From assembly GCA_051453625.1 (NCBI GenBank), contig JBOZIK010000001.1, forward strand, positions 27,463,781 through 27,510,776: 46,996 nt of DNA. Reading direction: 5' to 3'. The translations under genes and the position numbers were made by a program. This stretch comes from Welwitschia mirabilis (taxonomy: Eukaryota). Each line of letters begins with the position of its first letter. The stretch's first letter is position 1. The notes below the pieces were generated by a model. That model saw only the letters and a list, made by a program, of their open reading frames with translations, did no database searches and was not told where the DNA came from. Positions 1 through 13,481 of the stretch are shown piece by piece.

Positions 1-639
1 TGAAAATCTTTTAGCAAAAAGGCTCTAGAAATAGAACTAAATCAAAGGCCATAGGGAAGCTCCAGTTATCCTAAAGAGGGTGCAGTAGAATCTCAAATGT
101 TCTAATATTACCTATAAAGGAAAACAAAAACTTATTAGTGCATGTTTGTATAACATTCTAGTATTTTAATATAAAGCTAAGAAACTAATATTCTTGAAGT
201 ATTATGAACATCTTTTATTACTTGAAAAAGTAATATTCCTTTTTTACTTACTGTTGTTCATACAGTTGAACACAAATTAGGGTAATTAGTAATACTCTAA
301 GTATTGTTTGCTTTTTAATTATATTATGTTTTTCTATTTTTTTTTTTCATCCCCCCTATGTAACATATGTATATAGAAAACTTATCAATTATCAACCTAA
401 CTAGTTCAAGTAACTTCATTATGAGGTTATCTTGATAATCCATTTTGAACTAAATGGTTGAAGTGTTAATGTTTAAACTCGGCCTTTAGTAAACCTTTAA
501 TTTTTATTTAATGATTTAAGATTATTTTAGTTTAAAACCATAATAGTTTTCTTCATTTTTCAAGATAATTTCTTAGTATTTTATATAATTATTTCATAAT
601 ATAACCTTTTATCACCCCTTTAAAAAGTTCTATGAGTTG

Positions 640-2400
640 AATTATTAAAATCTCATGGAAATTCATTCGTAATTAGGCTTATATTGTAAGTAGACATAAT
701 AATAAATAAGATAAAAAGATGTTTTATATGATTAAAATATAATGTTAATATACATTTTTATAAATAATAAAGTAAAAATATTCAAATAAGTGGACTGAAT
801 CATTATGCAGCCTTTGAAGCTTATAAAATGAAACAACAATGTCAAAAGATTAAAACAAGTTAGTCTTATTTGGAAATTAGAAAAATATGTTGATCTTTTA
901 ATAGATGGTAAAAAATCTAGAATTATTAGTATTATAGACAACATGTATTTTGTAGTATTAATAGGGCTATACTTAGATTTCATTGGAGATTTGTGTACTC
1001 CACAAATCTCTCACTAATGAAAGCTCATACAAATGCTACATTAAGAAATGACTTTCTAATTGCCATAAAGAATTCTTATTATGCTAATTTAAAGTTAGAA
1101 GTTGGTATTATTCCCTTTTTTTCAATTTTAAGTATTGATTTTATTAACAAGATAATGAAACAACACTTGATTATCTATATTACATACATAAAGGATGGTG
1201 AGCTTGGCCTTCCAAAAACAAAGTTCACAAACTTTTGAAAATTAAATATGAAACCTCATAAGTGATGTTTAATGAAATTCATAAACTATGAGTATAAATG
1301 GTACTTTCAAAGAGAAAAATGGTTATATTTAGATCAAATCAAGCACTAACAATGAGGGATACATAAGAGGGCTAGCTATAGGGTTAATTCAAGAATCTAT
1401 AGATTTCTTACTTGTACATTGCATAATACATCATTAAGCTTTAGTTATAGTTAAAGATTCTGTTCATTTTCTAGATTTTCAAATAGGTAATAAAGATTAC
1501 AAACACTACTTACACATGATTATGGAAGTCTTTAAATAGAAATTTTACACTTTAATGAATTGACTAAACTCTTTCAAGGGGATAACCTTTCTTCAATGAA
1601 ACTCTAAACAGTGCATTGATTAGCTAGAGGATAAGTAATATTAAAGCCAGTTAAACTAATACCTACCATCTCACATAAATAAAAAGAAGATAACAATGGA
1701 TTGTATGAATAAGCTATAATTTTCAAAGTTCAATTTTTCATCTTCTTATTTGCTAATGTCTTAATAATAATAAATAAATTATGTAAAAATTTTCTATTAC
1801 AAAGTGGTGATATAACATAAAATCAAATGCAAATTAAAGTTCCTTTCCTACTTCTTGGTAGAATTCATACATCTAATTTTTTCAAAATGCATAACTTGGG
1901 TTTTTGGAACTTGTTGATAAATCAAATGTCTTTCATAAATATATATTAAGATTTAAATATATTCCTAAAGCACTTAGATTAGATATTTAGAATCTTATAT
2001 TGAATTAAGCAAATCATTTGTAATTAAAAGTTATCCAGCATCTTAAAAAAAGTTTGAAGTAGAAATATCTTTCAAGCAGCAAAGTTATCCAATCTGTATT
2101 CCTTCAATGATAATGATACATTAAGAGATATAAAATTAATAAAATGGTTAGAATTATTATGTAGTAAGTTTGATATTGGAATTAGCTTTCTTATTAAAAC
2201 AAAAATTTATCTTAATGAGATGGAGGAATGCATTATAATGATGCAAAAAATAGTTTCAATATAACTTATTAAATGTAAGATAAGATGTAGATAAAAAATA
2301 CAATGGTTAAAGTTATTTCCAAGTATTATGAAAATTTGGCAAGCTATCCTTACACTTGTCACAAGAACTATTAAATGTAAAAGAGGTTTCTCCAAATGAG
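640..2400 (+). mobile_element. Heavily decayed Ty1/copia pol remnant (GAG-pre-integrase, integrase, RT)
   Basis: Motifs occur in copia order across broken frames: FEAYKMKQQ ~ CEACxxGKQ (~810), LDFIGDLCTP ~ LxLxHxDLCGP (~975), QREK..IKTNNEG ~ QREK..IRSDNGG (~1310-1360), NDNDT ~ IDYxET (~2105), and IKTKFYLNEMEECIIMMQ ~ VKTAFLNGELEEEIYMxQ (~2190-2245). Many stops and indels. Confidence 0.55.
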
Positions 2401-3090
2401 GGGAACTAGAAAGAAATTTTTGAACTATGGACTAAGATAGGAAGTGTAATCCTATTTCTCTTGAAATGAAACTAGTAAGTTAAATAGTTTATATTTAAAT
2501 TTAATAGTTAAGCATAGAAACTTTGAGTCATTATATTCCTTTGAATTTAACAAGTTAGTGATACTTTAACAAGACATGCAAATCCTCTAGCTATAAGAGA
2601 AAACATGCTATTAAATATCTATATTTTGAATTCCATTCACTGTTATTATGAATAAGTTAAATAGTTTAATTATCACTTTTTAAAATAGTTATCAAGAAAT
2701 AATATTGACATCACCTTAGCCATAATATACTCTTTGTTTTATATGTTCAAACATATTTATGTTTAAGTATTATAGTTAAGAAATTTATGCTAGCCTCTTT
2801 GTTTAAGATTAAATTAAAATTTTAAAAGTAAAGTATTTTCTGTGTCAAACTAAAGTGTGTTTTCAAAATTCTTTTCAACCATAAAACACTACCTTATTTT
2901 TGTGTTAAATTTGGCCACTGATAAGAATGTCTTGAATTTTCAAAATCTTGAAATGTAGCAAGTTATAGATGTCTCTTTTTAACCACTTACATAATTTAAT
3001 TCTAGATGGGAGTCTTGCATTATTAAAAGCATGTCAGTTATGCTGATTTCACTCACTCACCCTGCCATTACCATTGTAATGTATGATTGC

Positions 3091-3100
3091 TATATAAATA
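3091..3100 (+). promoter_or_regulatory. Putative TATA box of the GH1 pseudogene
   Basis: TATATAAATA lies about 90 bp upstream of ATG 3183. Confidence 0.45.
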
Positions 3101-3182
3101 GCTCTAGAATGGTAACTGCATCATCACCATTATCCTCTCATATTATTTCATTTGGCAATTGTAAAATACTACTCAAGCATTA

Positions 3183-3597
3183 ATGGTGTGCCTTTGCATT
3201 GAGTTCCTTGTTGAGTTTTTACTATCTATTCTTACCTTCGCATTTGCAAAAATCCATTCAAGATGCTTATCCTTGGACTTGTCAGAATTAAATTCCCTAA
3301 AGACTTTCTCTTTGGCACTATCACATATGCATATTAGGCATTTATATATTCTCTTACTCTTTTGCATTTGTCTTTAAAGTTTGTTAATTCATAGTCAATA
3401 AATTTTAATCTAAAGATTCTTAGTTCTTTGTTTATTCTATTAAGTTAATACAGGTTGGTTATCATTAACAGGTGGAAGGAGTAGCAAATAAAGATGGTTG
3501 TTTGTCTAGCATCTGGGATACTTTCTCTTAGATACCTAGAAAAATCTTAGATGGAAATACTATAAACATTGTCGTTGATGAATACAATAGATTTAAG
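3183..3597 (+). pseudogene. Glycoside hydrolase family 1 (beta-glucosidase) pseudogene, 5' exons only (3183-3337, 3472-3597)
   Basis: Exon 1: hydrophobic signal-like MVCLCIEFLVEFLLSILTFAFA, a 1-nt frameshift, then RIKFPKDFLFGTITYAY* (~RxxFPKGFxFGTATSAYQ; CAG>TAG). Exon 2 lies between cag| and |gtag: VEGVANKDGCLSSIWDTFS*IPRKILDGNTINIVVDEYNRFK (~VEGAAxxDGRGPSIWDTF..PGKI.DG....VAVDxYHRYK). No later exons were found. Confidence 0.92.
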
Positions 3598-4199
3598 GTA
3601 GAAAAGTTGCATTGAATTTAGATAAAGCAGAAATTTAGATCAAGTGACTCCCAGCATAGTATCACAAAATTTCTCATCTCAACTTATATATATCATGTGT
3701 GGAAAGTAAGGAATGATAAAATTTTCAAGTAAAAATATTTTTAAGCTATCCAAATTACTAAAGAAATTAAGATTTAACTCTTTATCAAACTGATATCGAT
3801 CTAAAAGATAAGAGACTCTCAGAAAAACAGAGCTTGGTGCTAGACAGTGGGTATATCTCCTCAATTTCTGGGTAAAACCCCTTATTACTAATTCCTTATT
3901 TTCCAAGAAAGGGACAAAGATAGTCCTCTTATTTAATAGAAGAACTAGTATACTAGGTTGTCTTTTAGTTATCATTTCCCTATGTGGATTCCCAGGCGCC
4001 ATATGTTTATTCTAGTTTCTATTTGCTTTATAGGTATTCTTTTGCAAGCTATTGAATGGCAATAAGGAGTAAATGCTTAGCCAATGTTTTTGTGATGTAA
4101 ATCATTGTGATTCTTTAGTTTTCTAGCAAGTCCACAAAGTCAAAATGTAATGCTAATAAAAACTATCATCTTTGTGAGAGCCTAGTTTTCAACTAGCAT

Positions 4200-4700
4200 T
4201 GTGTCTGATCTCTTACCAAGGGATTCCTAGTGACATTCAATTCTCTCGATGGCGATGTTTCTTGACAATTTTTTTTGATGTAGCTAATGAGTTTCTTCCA
4301 GGCTTTATCCCTTACTTCAATCTTGATTAGTGCTTGTAGTGAGGAAAAGCTTCTACAGCAGTCATAGTATTTCTTTATCTTCTATTTTTTAGCTATAGCT
4401 TATCTAGTTTTTTGAGTTTTCAATTATTAGGTTTTTCCTTTTCTATTATTTTATTCCTCACTGTCTGAAAGTCAATCTCCTATCCCCCCAAGATCCACAA
4501 AATATGCACATCATGGCTCTTTATTTTTAGTGGGTTCTTTGTCAATGAAAGACTGAGCTTTCATCATGTGATACCCATCATCTATCAATTTTATATGGAT
4601 GTTTCTGTGTAAGCATTTCATAGTATTATGCAGGTCAATGGAGGAACCAGATTTTTGTAGTCCAAAGGTTGAGATCTATCAATGTTAAAGCATATCTCTT
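4200..4700 (-). mobile_element. Possible Tat-like gypsy gag remnant
   Basis: Only weak minus-strand motifs: AMMC and KPG..KLISYIKK..QE (~KPGESLRxYIKRFxQE). Confidence 0.25.
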
Positions 4701-5046
4701 ACCTGTGTCAACCCTCTTTGGTCTCTCTTAGAGAGAATTTAGTCCACTGGTTTCCAAACAAATTTATGTTTGCTCAAATTAGCTAGCATCTTTGGGCCTG
4801 AACTAGCAAGATTTATTCCCCAAGTAATTTTTATAGTTATTGCTCCTTTCTTTAGATTTTTATCTGGAAAATTTTTTTTAGATATTTGGTTCATAATATC
4901 CTAAATCCTTGTAATCAGTTTCAATTTTAATACTAAATATTGGGTAATAAACACCCAATCTTTTGATTATAATCCTTATGTATTTAGTATGAGTCTATAC
5001 TTTAATGCTCCAGAATTGAAATTCCTCCAACTTTCATTCAAAAAAA

Positions 5047-5904
5047 CGTTGCATTGTATTTTTGAGTGATGTATTTTGAGTGATGTATTTTTGATATTTT
5101 TCTTTTATGGTTTAATAATGAAAATAGCAATGCAAGAAAGTAAACACAGAATACAAAGAAATACAAACTACTTCTAAATGTAATATTTATTTGAGTATCA
5201 AATCTCTATCATTAAGATCTATTTTATATAATCTAGATAGATTAAGAAAACTATCAGTAACTATAACTAATCTAAAATATAAAGTATGTTAATTAAAATA
5301 TGGAAAACATATAATGATAAAGCTAGAAAATTTAAAATACAATGCAATGCAATGCAAGGTCCTAAACTAGTAATTTCAGCCTTGATAAAGATTGTCCTTG
5401 ATTACCTATATCAATTATGAAACTGCCATGAAATCATAACTAATGTAAACCATAAGGGACATGATCATGAATAAAATTTAAAAGAATATTTTCATTATTT
5501 CATGGACTGACATCCTATTATAAAGTAGAAACACCTTAATAAAGGATACACAATACAACAGTAAGGAAGAATCCTCTCTGCAACTAATAGATGGACCTCA
5601 AATCCTTTGATCTTCTATCATAAGATTTTCAAGTGCCAAAGAAAATAAAGTTATATTTGAGAGTGGAGGAGGTATTTACTACAATCAGAACACTCCAAAA
5701 ATAACAAATCTAACTAAATATAATAGAAAGCCTAATGGCATATGGAAGGTTTATAATACATTACATAAGTTAGGTGAAGTTTGATGCATTAACTAAACTT
5801 ATATAACTATCCTTATTTTCATCTAGATAATGGTGGAGGTGATGCCATATCAAAAGAAGTCCACATCAGCTTCCATCTTTGCTTTAGTTAGTGTTCTTAT
5901 TAGT
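5047..5904 (-). repeat. 3' LTR of element 3, first part
   Basis: Begins with the terminus CGTTGCATTG, followed by an internal deletion. Colinear with 29465-30280, e.g. aatgcaatgcaagRtcctaaacta and acctatatcaattatgaaact. Confidence 0.85.
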
Positions 5905-6897
5905 TATTGTGTTTGTGTGTTTTTAATGGGGTTTTATAAGCTGTTTTGCAAAAAATTTACATAGGTTTAAATGAAATGTTAAGTATTTTAAAGAGTTAAT
6001 AAAAGATCTCAAAAATTTGTAATTCTTAGCATGATTTAATGCATTTAAGGCACATTCTAATACACAGAGCTTGGGAGGAATATTACTGATAGAAAGGCTA
6101 GCTTTTTCTCACTACAATAAATAAAGAAGATCATCATCCTCTCTATTATCCCCATGATAGATAGAATGATGACTATATTTGATGCTAATGTGGAGTGCTA
6201 AGTTAATTACTGAGTCACCTTTTATAAACATTTTGCATCTCCATGTCATCCAGACAATAGTTAGAAATACCACTGTCACTAACTTTAATAGCTGACCTTA
6301 CTCATTTCTTCTATTTCTTATCTGTAATGGAGTACATTTTGGAGTGCCTTTTGTATGTTGTTTTTTGCTATATAACCCTATAAATAAGACCCTCTTTTGA
6401 CTCTTTTCTTTATCTTCATTACACCTAAAATTCTCATGACAAGAGATCAAAGGTGGGATATCCATTTCAAGAGTTGCAGAAAGACATTCCCTTAGTGGAG
6501 GGCTATGAATCCTCTATGGAGGTCTGGCGGTTTTGTAACCTAGGTGTTATTCCTTTTAATATAAACTTTGTTTTCATTATTACATTTATATTTGTTAGAT
6601 GTCTCTTATGGTTTATGTTGCTCTTGATCTGGTGATAATTTCATTAGTGATATAGGTCTTAAGGGCTAACTTTTTAAGGTTGAAATAAGGTAGTTTAGTT
6701 TCATTTTTCATTATAGTTAGTTACTTGCATTTACATGTGTATTACATCTTTATTTTTTGCATTTTTATTTAACTTTAGTTACCATTTTCTTATAAAAATT
6801 AATTCTTCATCTTATCTCATAGTGTTCAATGAGAGATAACATTTGAATTTACTTTCACTTATACTAGTGTATGCATGTATAAATATGCACTGCAAAA
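5905..6897 (+). repeat. 5' LTR of element 1
   Basis: Colinear with 19345-20376. Contains ccctataaataagacc (TATA, ~6376-6391) and ends aaatatgcactgcaaaa directly before the PBS. Confidence 0.9.
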
Positions 6898-6900
6898 AAT

Positions 6901-6918
6901 TGACACCGTTCCCAGGGA
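6901..6918 (+). promoter_or_regulatory. Primer binding site, tRNA-Asp (Athila type)
   Basis: TGACACCGTTCCCAGGGA matches TGGCGCCGTTGCCGGGGA at 14/18 and sits directly after the LTR. Confidence 0.85.
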
Positions 6919-7482
6919 AGGCTGATGAGGAGCATGAGGGTTATCGTCATTTGGGTAAGTACATTGGATTTTCATTTGGTTATTTATTTGTAGCAATATT
7001 GTATTTTAATTAGGAACTTTAGTTTTTTTCTATTTTCAATTTTTTCAGTTTTGGTTTTTAGTAGTAGAATAACCATTATCCCTTCTCTCATCATCACAAA
7101 TAATGGGATGAAAGTCCATGATTTTAATTTTTATTTTTAGATTTCAGATTTCTATTAGAATAGTAATAATTGATCTCTATTATCTACTTTATTATTTATA
7201 TGGTAACAATCTCCATGTTTTTCTAGTTTTTGGCTTCCCACTCTATTGAGTTTCTATTTTCTACTCTCTTTGTGTGTTGTCCATTCTGTCATCCCCATGA
7301 TTGTCAAGATGATAGTCTATTATTTTTTATTTTATCTTTCTATTGTTTTCTAATTATAGGATACTATGATATGGTTAGTCTAGAAAAAGAAATATGAAAG
7401 AAAAAGGGCTACTGATAGAAGAAAGTATTAGAGAAGGAATAGTCAACTTTAAAACAGAATCAGAAACATAATCTCTAGGTGC

Positions 7483-9447
7483 ATATAATATCTCTTCTAA
7501 GTTCCTTTTTTTTTTTTTGGTTAAAACATTAAAGAAAGTAGAACTTGACTGTCACTGTGCACTTATCTTTATTTTGAATTAGAATTTTTTTTTCATTCTT
7601 CTTAATTATTAATAGTGATACATGAAAACTTCAAAAAAAATTTAGGATAAGGAGGAGAATCTTACAAAATTCTAAGAATAATAGTGAGAAAACACTTCAA
7701 TAAATTCTTACAAAAAGAGGGATAACAATACAAAATAATATTGAGAGTAGGGATTGGACCCATTCCTTTTTTTAACCATCTTATTATTCCTCCATTCCTT
7801 TTCATACTTCCTATACAATGATAATGAAAATCTTAGGGATTGAACCTCATATAATAACTTTTTATTAATTCCGTCCATCTCCCATGCATTACTATGAGGA
7901 AGAACCATCTCCTATAAACTACTATGAGGAAGAAAATGATTCAATAAAAGAAATGATGGATAAAATAATAAAGAATCAAGAAAATAACAATAAAATGCTA
8001 GATATCTTGGTTTAGATCTTATAAAAAATACTATTGCAAAATCTAGGAAATGACTAAAGGGAATACAATAATAATTCAACGCTATTTTTTAATAATAAAA
8101 ATAAGGATGACTATTCATTAGATGATGATATTGAGCTATTAGATTATATCCCTGAAATTCATTTACTAGATTAAAAATATATTAATAAAAAATCTGAAAA
8201 TTTTTTAGTCTATGATAAATATAATGATCATATTTCTCCTTCTAATAAATCTGATAATATGCAATAAGATTACAAGAGTGATGAAGAAGAAGATGAGAAT
8301 AACATTGAAATATTAGAACATCTTCCTTATTTTCACTTACTCTATAAGGATGGATGAGTTCCACCTTTAAAAGAGATCCAACTTATGAGATTAATGGAGA
8401 TAAGTACTAAGGAAAAATTAGTAAAAAAGAGTTAACCTAGTAATAGTAACTTAATCACTAGAAATGAGGATTACAATTTAAAGTTAACAGAATTATTCAA
8501 TAGAGAGGAAGGGGAGTTAAATTAAGAAATATTAGAAAATATTTTATTACATAATAAAGACAATGATAAATTTTATTTCTATAATATTTTTAATGATCTT
8601 TTTGAGAAACCCACCAACTTGAAAAAGAAAAATAATCTTCAACAAAATAAGAAAGAAGAACAAAATACAATCAATTATAACAATAATAAAGAATAGAAAA
8701 ATATGATCAACGAAGAAAGCATTTAATCAAGTAACTCTCTAAATCACATTCTCATCCTTAAAAGTAATGTAATACATCATCTTGAGGACTTGACTCTAAA
8801 AATCTTACAATCATTTTTTTTGAAAAATTCATGTGCTAAAAAATGTAACATCTTTTCGTTATTTTGCTAAGCCAATTCTACCTTCTCCTTTTAATGATTA
8901 TTCTTTTCAAAAACAAGACTTGGGATATGTGGGAACTATAATTTAAGGCAAATCATACCTTCTTAATCCAAATCCATGTTTAAATTTAAATGTTAAAGAG
9001 CTTCTTAGGTATAAGAAACCTATCTTAATCACTCATCCTAAGAAGTCTCTTATAAATCCTTGGATCTCAAATCATACCTTACATATTCAATATTAAGCTC
9101 TAAATGTAATTTATATTCAAAATCCTTTATATCATCAGTTTGATAAGAGATTGTTCTTCCATGAGTTATATGAGTTTTTTATCTCTTATATTGTTGCTAA
9201 ATCTTGTAAAAACAAAATGTCATATGCTCATGCTAATTTAAAAAATCCTTGTTTTCTTACTAAAAATTCATGTCTTAAATAAAATGATAAAAAACATTTT
9301 AAAGAGGCTTCAAAGTCATCTTAGATGCTTTCATTAAGATCCTTCTTTCATGATTTTTATAATGGTACTCAAGATTCATAAAGTTTTCATAATAAATTAT
9401 TTGTCAATGACACTTATCACTTCTTTATCTCTTATTTGAATTCTTAA
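7483..9447 (+). pseudogene. Decayed long ORF of unknown function in the gag position of element 1
   Basis: Long near-open stretches, e.g. PSPFNDYSFQKQDLGYVGTII*GKSYLLNPNPCLNLNVKELLRYKKPILITHPKK..LFFHELYEF. Colinear homolog on the minus strand at 25990-28741. Shares the start context and an acidic DEEE..IEILE linker with the element 2 gag. Confidence 0.6.
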
Positions 9448-10237
9448 ATTTATGTTATCAAAGTTTTATCTTTTTATTCACTTTTATTCCAATTGATTTT
9501 ACTTAAAAATGGTTGCATAATTATTATGTTTTATCAATCAGTGAACATTTGGTTTGGGCCTTATTTTTCTGAAAGAATGCAAAATAAATCCTTTTCTTTT
9601 CCTTTATTTCCAATAAAATTGTGGCTAGATTTTAAGATTTGAATAAAATTTTTTTGCTTTAGTGTTTTATTTTTTATTCTTATGGCTTTCACTTTGATTT
9701 TTGTCTTTAGCTCTCTATTTTTATTTTCTACCTTTATTTTTCTACGGGATTTTTATTTTCTATTTCTTCTTTCTATTTTTGTCATCCTCTATGTCATCTG
9801 TCTGACAAGAAGAATGATAGTTTGTTGGTTTTAATGTCATTTTTTATTATTTTGAAAAAATACATTCTAATGACTCTTTTAAAATTTCTAACTTAACCAC
9901 TTAAGAATTTTAGAAAGTTAATGGGAAAAGGCTGAAAATATATAAGTAACCCTTTGAATTTTCTCTTAGATTTTTTGTTTAGATGTCATTATGATGTTAC
10001 TTGATGTCATCTTTCAAACATGGCTTATGTATTTATTTCCATGACTAGTCTTTGACTTGGGCATTTTAAAGTGGTAAGATTGGATTTACCCAATCTTAAG
10101 GCATCCACATATCTATGAACTTAAGTTTGAAAAAAGANNNNNNNNNNNNNNNNNNNNNNNNNNNNNNNNNNNNNNNNNNNNNNNNNNNNNNNNNNNNNNN
10201 NNNNNNNNNNNNNNNNNNNNNNNNNNNNNNNNNNNNN

Positions 10238-11659
10238 TGGATTGCTTTTCAAAAAAAAAATAAAGTAAATAAAAATAAAGAATAATGCAGAAATTAAAAG
10301 ATGCAATGTAAATGCAAAATGCAACTAATCTACATGCAATGCACAATAAAACTATACTACTTCCTTTCAGCCTTAACAAAGGCTGTCCTTGATAATCTAT
10401 ATCCCTCAAGAAATTATCACCAAATCAAGAGCAATATAAATCATAAAGAACATCTAAGAAACTAATATGCAAATAAGAAAATAGAGTTTTATATTAAAGA
10501 AGTAATAACATATAGATTAGAAAATAACTGGGCCTCAATGGAGGATACACAACCCTTCACCAAGGAAACATTTTTATGCAATTCTTAATATGGATTTCCT
10601 ATCCTTCGNNNNNNNNNNNNNNNNNNNNNNNNNNNNNNNNNNNNNNNNNNNNNNNNNNNNNNNNNNNNNNNNNNNNNNNNNNNNNNNNNNNNNNNNNNNN
10701 NNNNNNNNNNNNNNNNNNNNNNNNNNNNNNNNNNNNNNNNNNNNNNNNNNNNNNNNNNNNNNNNNNNNNNNNNNNNNNNNNNNNNNNNNNNNNNNNNNNN
10801 NNNNNNNNNNNNNNNNNNNNNNNNNNNNNNNNNNNNNNNNNNNNNNNNNNNNNNNNNNNNNNNNNNNNNNNNNNNNNNNNNNNNNNNNNNNNNNNNNNNN
10901 NNNNNNNNNNNNNNNNNNNNNNNNNNNNNNNNNNNNNNNNNNNNNNNNNNNNNNNNNNNNNNNNNNNNNNNNNNNNNNNNNNNNNNNNNNNNNNNNNNNN
11001 NNNNNNNNNNNNNNNNNNNNNNNNNNNNNNNNNNNNNNNNNNNNNNNNNNNNNNNNNNNNNNNNNNNNNNNNNNNNNNNNNNNNNNNNNNNNNCCTATCC
11101 TTCGATCTCCTATCATGAGAATTTCTGATGTAATGAAGATGGAGAGGAGAATCAAAGAAGGACTTATTTATAACAAGATAGAGTAGAAAATGACAGATAG
11201 AAGGTGCTTTAAAAATGTGCTCTTTTACATAAAAGAAATGGATGAAATAGTCAAGAGTCAGCTATCAGAGTCGGTTACAATGTTAGTGTCATCCTGATAA
11301 TCATCTCAATGATGATGGGGACAATATCTCATTATAAAAAGTTACTTAATAGGTAATAAATAACTTAGTAGTCCATTTTAGCCATGATCATCCTATCTGT
11401 CATGGGGAAAACAAAGAGGATGATGGTTTTATTTAATCATTTTATTGAGAAGAAACTAACATTTTTGTTAAAAATCTTCCTTTAAATCTCTGTGTATCAT
11501 AATGCGTCTTAAATGCCTCAAATATCATTAAGAATTACACATTTTCAAGATCTTATATTGAATCTCTAAAATCCTTAAAATTATACCTAAACCTATGCAA
11601 ATATCCTAAAAAATAGCTCATAAAGCCCCATCAAATGACCATAAATTGGCAACATGACA
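10238..11659 (-). repeat. 3' LTR of element 2
   Basis: Same-strand copy of 17757-18669 and reverse complement of 5905-6790. Its terminus TGTCATGTTGCC lies next to the PPT-side motif tagccctcgacttagcctttattagtccct. Confidence 0.9.
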
Positions 11660-13069
11660 TAGCCCTCGACTTAGCCTTTATTAGTCCCTAACAACAATTA
11701 GGTGAAAAACCAGAATTGTGAGTCAATTTGTTTTACAAAAAAAATCAATCTAAAAATTATAAAATAGGCTCATAAAATACATTTCATATCAAGATAATTA
11801 GTTACGCATTATGTGTATGAAAATTTAAAAATTATGTATATGCAAGCTTTGAAAAATTTAAAAATAAGGTATAAAAATTGGTTCCTACCCCCTTTTTAAG
11901 GAAAAAAATACTTCTCGTATTGATTACAAAGCAAAGAAAATAAATGTAAGTGAGAAGGTAGATGATAGATATAGTTGAATTTGCAAAAATTTTGAAATAA
12001 AGTGCAAAGCTAAGTAAAACAATTTAATATTTTGAAAAAGTTAGATATATGAAATATGCTAACAAGCATGAAGTGAGTAGATAATGAAAATATGCAAGTG
12101 AATTCATAAATGTCCAATCAATGTTTCATCATAAGAAATAAGTAAGAGTAGTGTTTACAACTCCAAAAGACTAAANNNNNNNNNNNNNNNNNNNNNNNNN
12201 NNNNNNNNNNNNNNNNNNNNNNNNNNNNNNNNNNNNNNNNNNNNNNNNNNNNNNNNNNNNNNNNNNNNNNNNNNNNNNNNNNNNNNNNNNNNNNNNNNNN
12301 NNNNNNNNNNNNNNNNNNNNNNNNNNNNNNNNNNNNNNNNNNNNNNNNNNNNNNNNNNNNNNNNNNNNNNNNNNNNNNNNNNNNNNNNNNNNNNNNNNNN
12401 NNNNNNNNNNNNNNNNNNNNNNNNNNNNNNNNNNNNNNNNNNNNNNNNNNNNNNNNNNNNNNNNNNNNNNNNNNNNNNNNNNNNNNNNNNNNNNNNNNNN
12501 NNNNNNNNNNNNNNNNNNNNNNNNNNNNNNNNNNNNNNNNNNNNNNAAAAGAAACATCACAAAATTGTTTATTCAATCTAGAAATTAACTCTTAATTGAA
12601 AATGTAGTAAGAAAAGTATTAAATCTTAAGGACCTAAAAAGATAAGAAAATATGGTAATGACTTTGAAATAATGAACTGATTAATAAAAAAAACCAAAAA
12701 GAATGGATATAAGGTAACATAAACAAAAGTTATCCCATCAATCTGAAATTTTAACATAGCAAACTCTCATGAAAGAAATCATAACATCACTTGATTTCAA
12801 AAATGCATGATTTGATCTATAAAAAATTCCATTCGATAAGGTAGTGATTATGACAATGCAAAAATAAATGCTTTAAACAATGAATGATTAGACCAAAGAG
12901 TTGCTCAAAAATAAGCTCACCTACTAACATCTCAAAATAAACACTTAAATCTCAAGAAATAAAATGAACATGTGAAAAAACTAAGAGTTTAGGAAATAAG
13001 CAATGCCTTTGATGATACCAGAAATACCACTAATCTCATAGCCTTAACGTTTATTACAACTTTATTATC

Positions 13070-13481
13070 CATGATGAAGGGAGTGTAACCATAATTAGAG
13101 AAGTAAAAACCCACAAAGCATGGCCAGTTGATCTTCAGTGGAGTTCCTATAGCTACCATATTACACTATGAAAGACTCCTCTTGAAAATANNNNNNNNNN
13201 NNNNNNNNNNNNNNNNNNNNNNNNNNNNNNNNNNNNNNNNNNNNNNNNNNNNNNNNNNNNNNNNNNNNNNNNNNNNNNNNNNNNNNNNNNCTACTAATTC
13301 ACTGAAATCTTCAAAAGTGAAATAATCAAGTGGGAATATTATAATTGTATATTTCTTTTGCCATGATAAGGGGAGTGCAACCACTATCAGAGGAGTAAGG
13401 ACCCACGAAGCATGGCCAACTGACACCCCAATGGAGTTCCCACAGCTACCATATTACACTGCCAAAGGCTCCTCTCAAAAA
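13070..13481. repeat. Direct duplication of a ~120-bp 3' UTR block (13070-13190 and 13361-13481)
   Basis: Both copies read gggagtgYaacc..aagcatggcca..tggagttccYaYagctaccatattacact. A single homolog lies at ~24300-24420. Confidence 0.8.

Noticed and set aside
3173..3367. Minus-strand 64-aa ORF (MQKSKRIY...)
   Set aside because: It is the antisense shadow of GH1 exon 1.
3989..4001. Minus-strand TGGCGCCTGGGAA next to aaaca, resembling a Tat-type PBS
   Set aside because: It needs a 5-nt deletion to fit TGGCGCCGTCTGTGGGAA, and the candidate gag remnant lies on the wrong side. No partner LTR was found.
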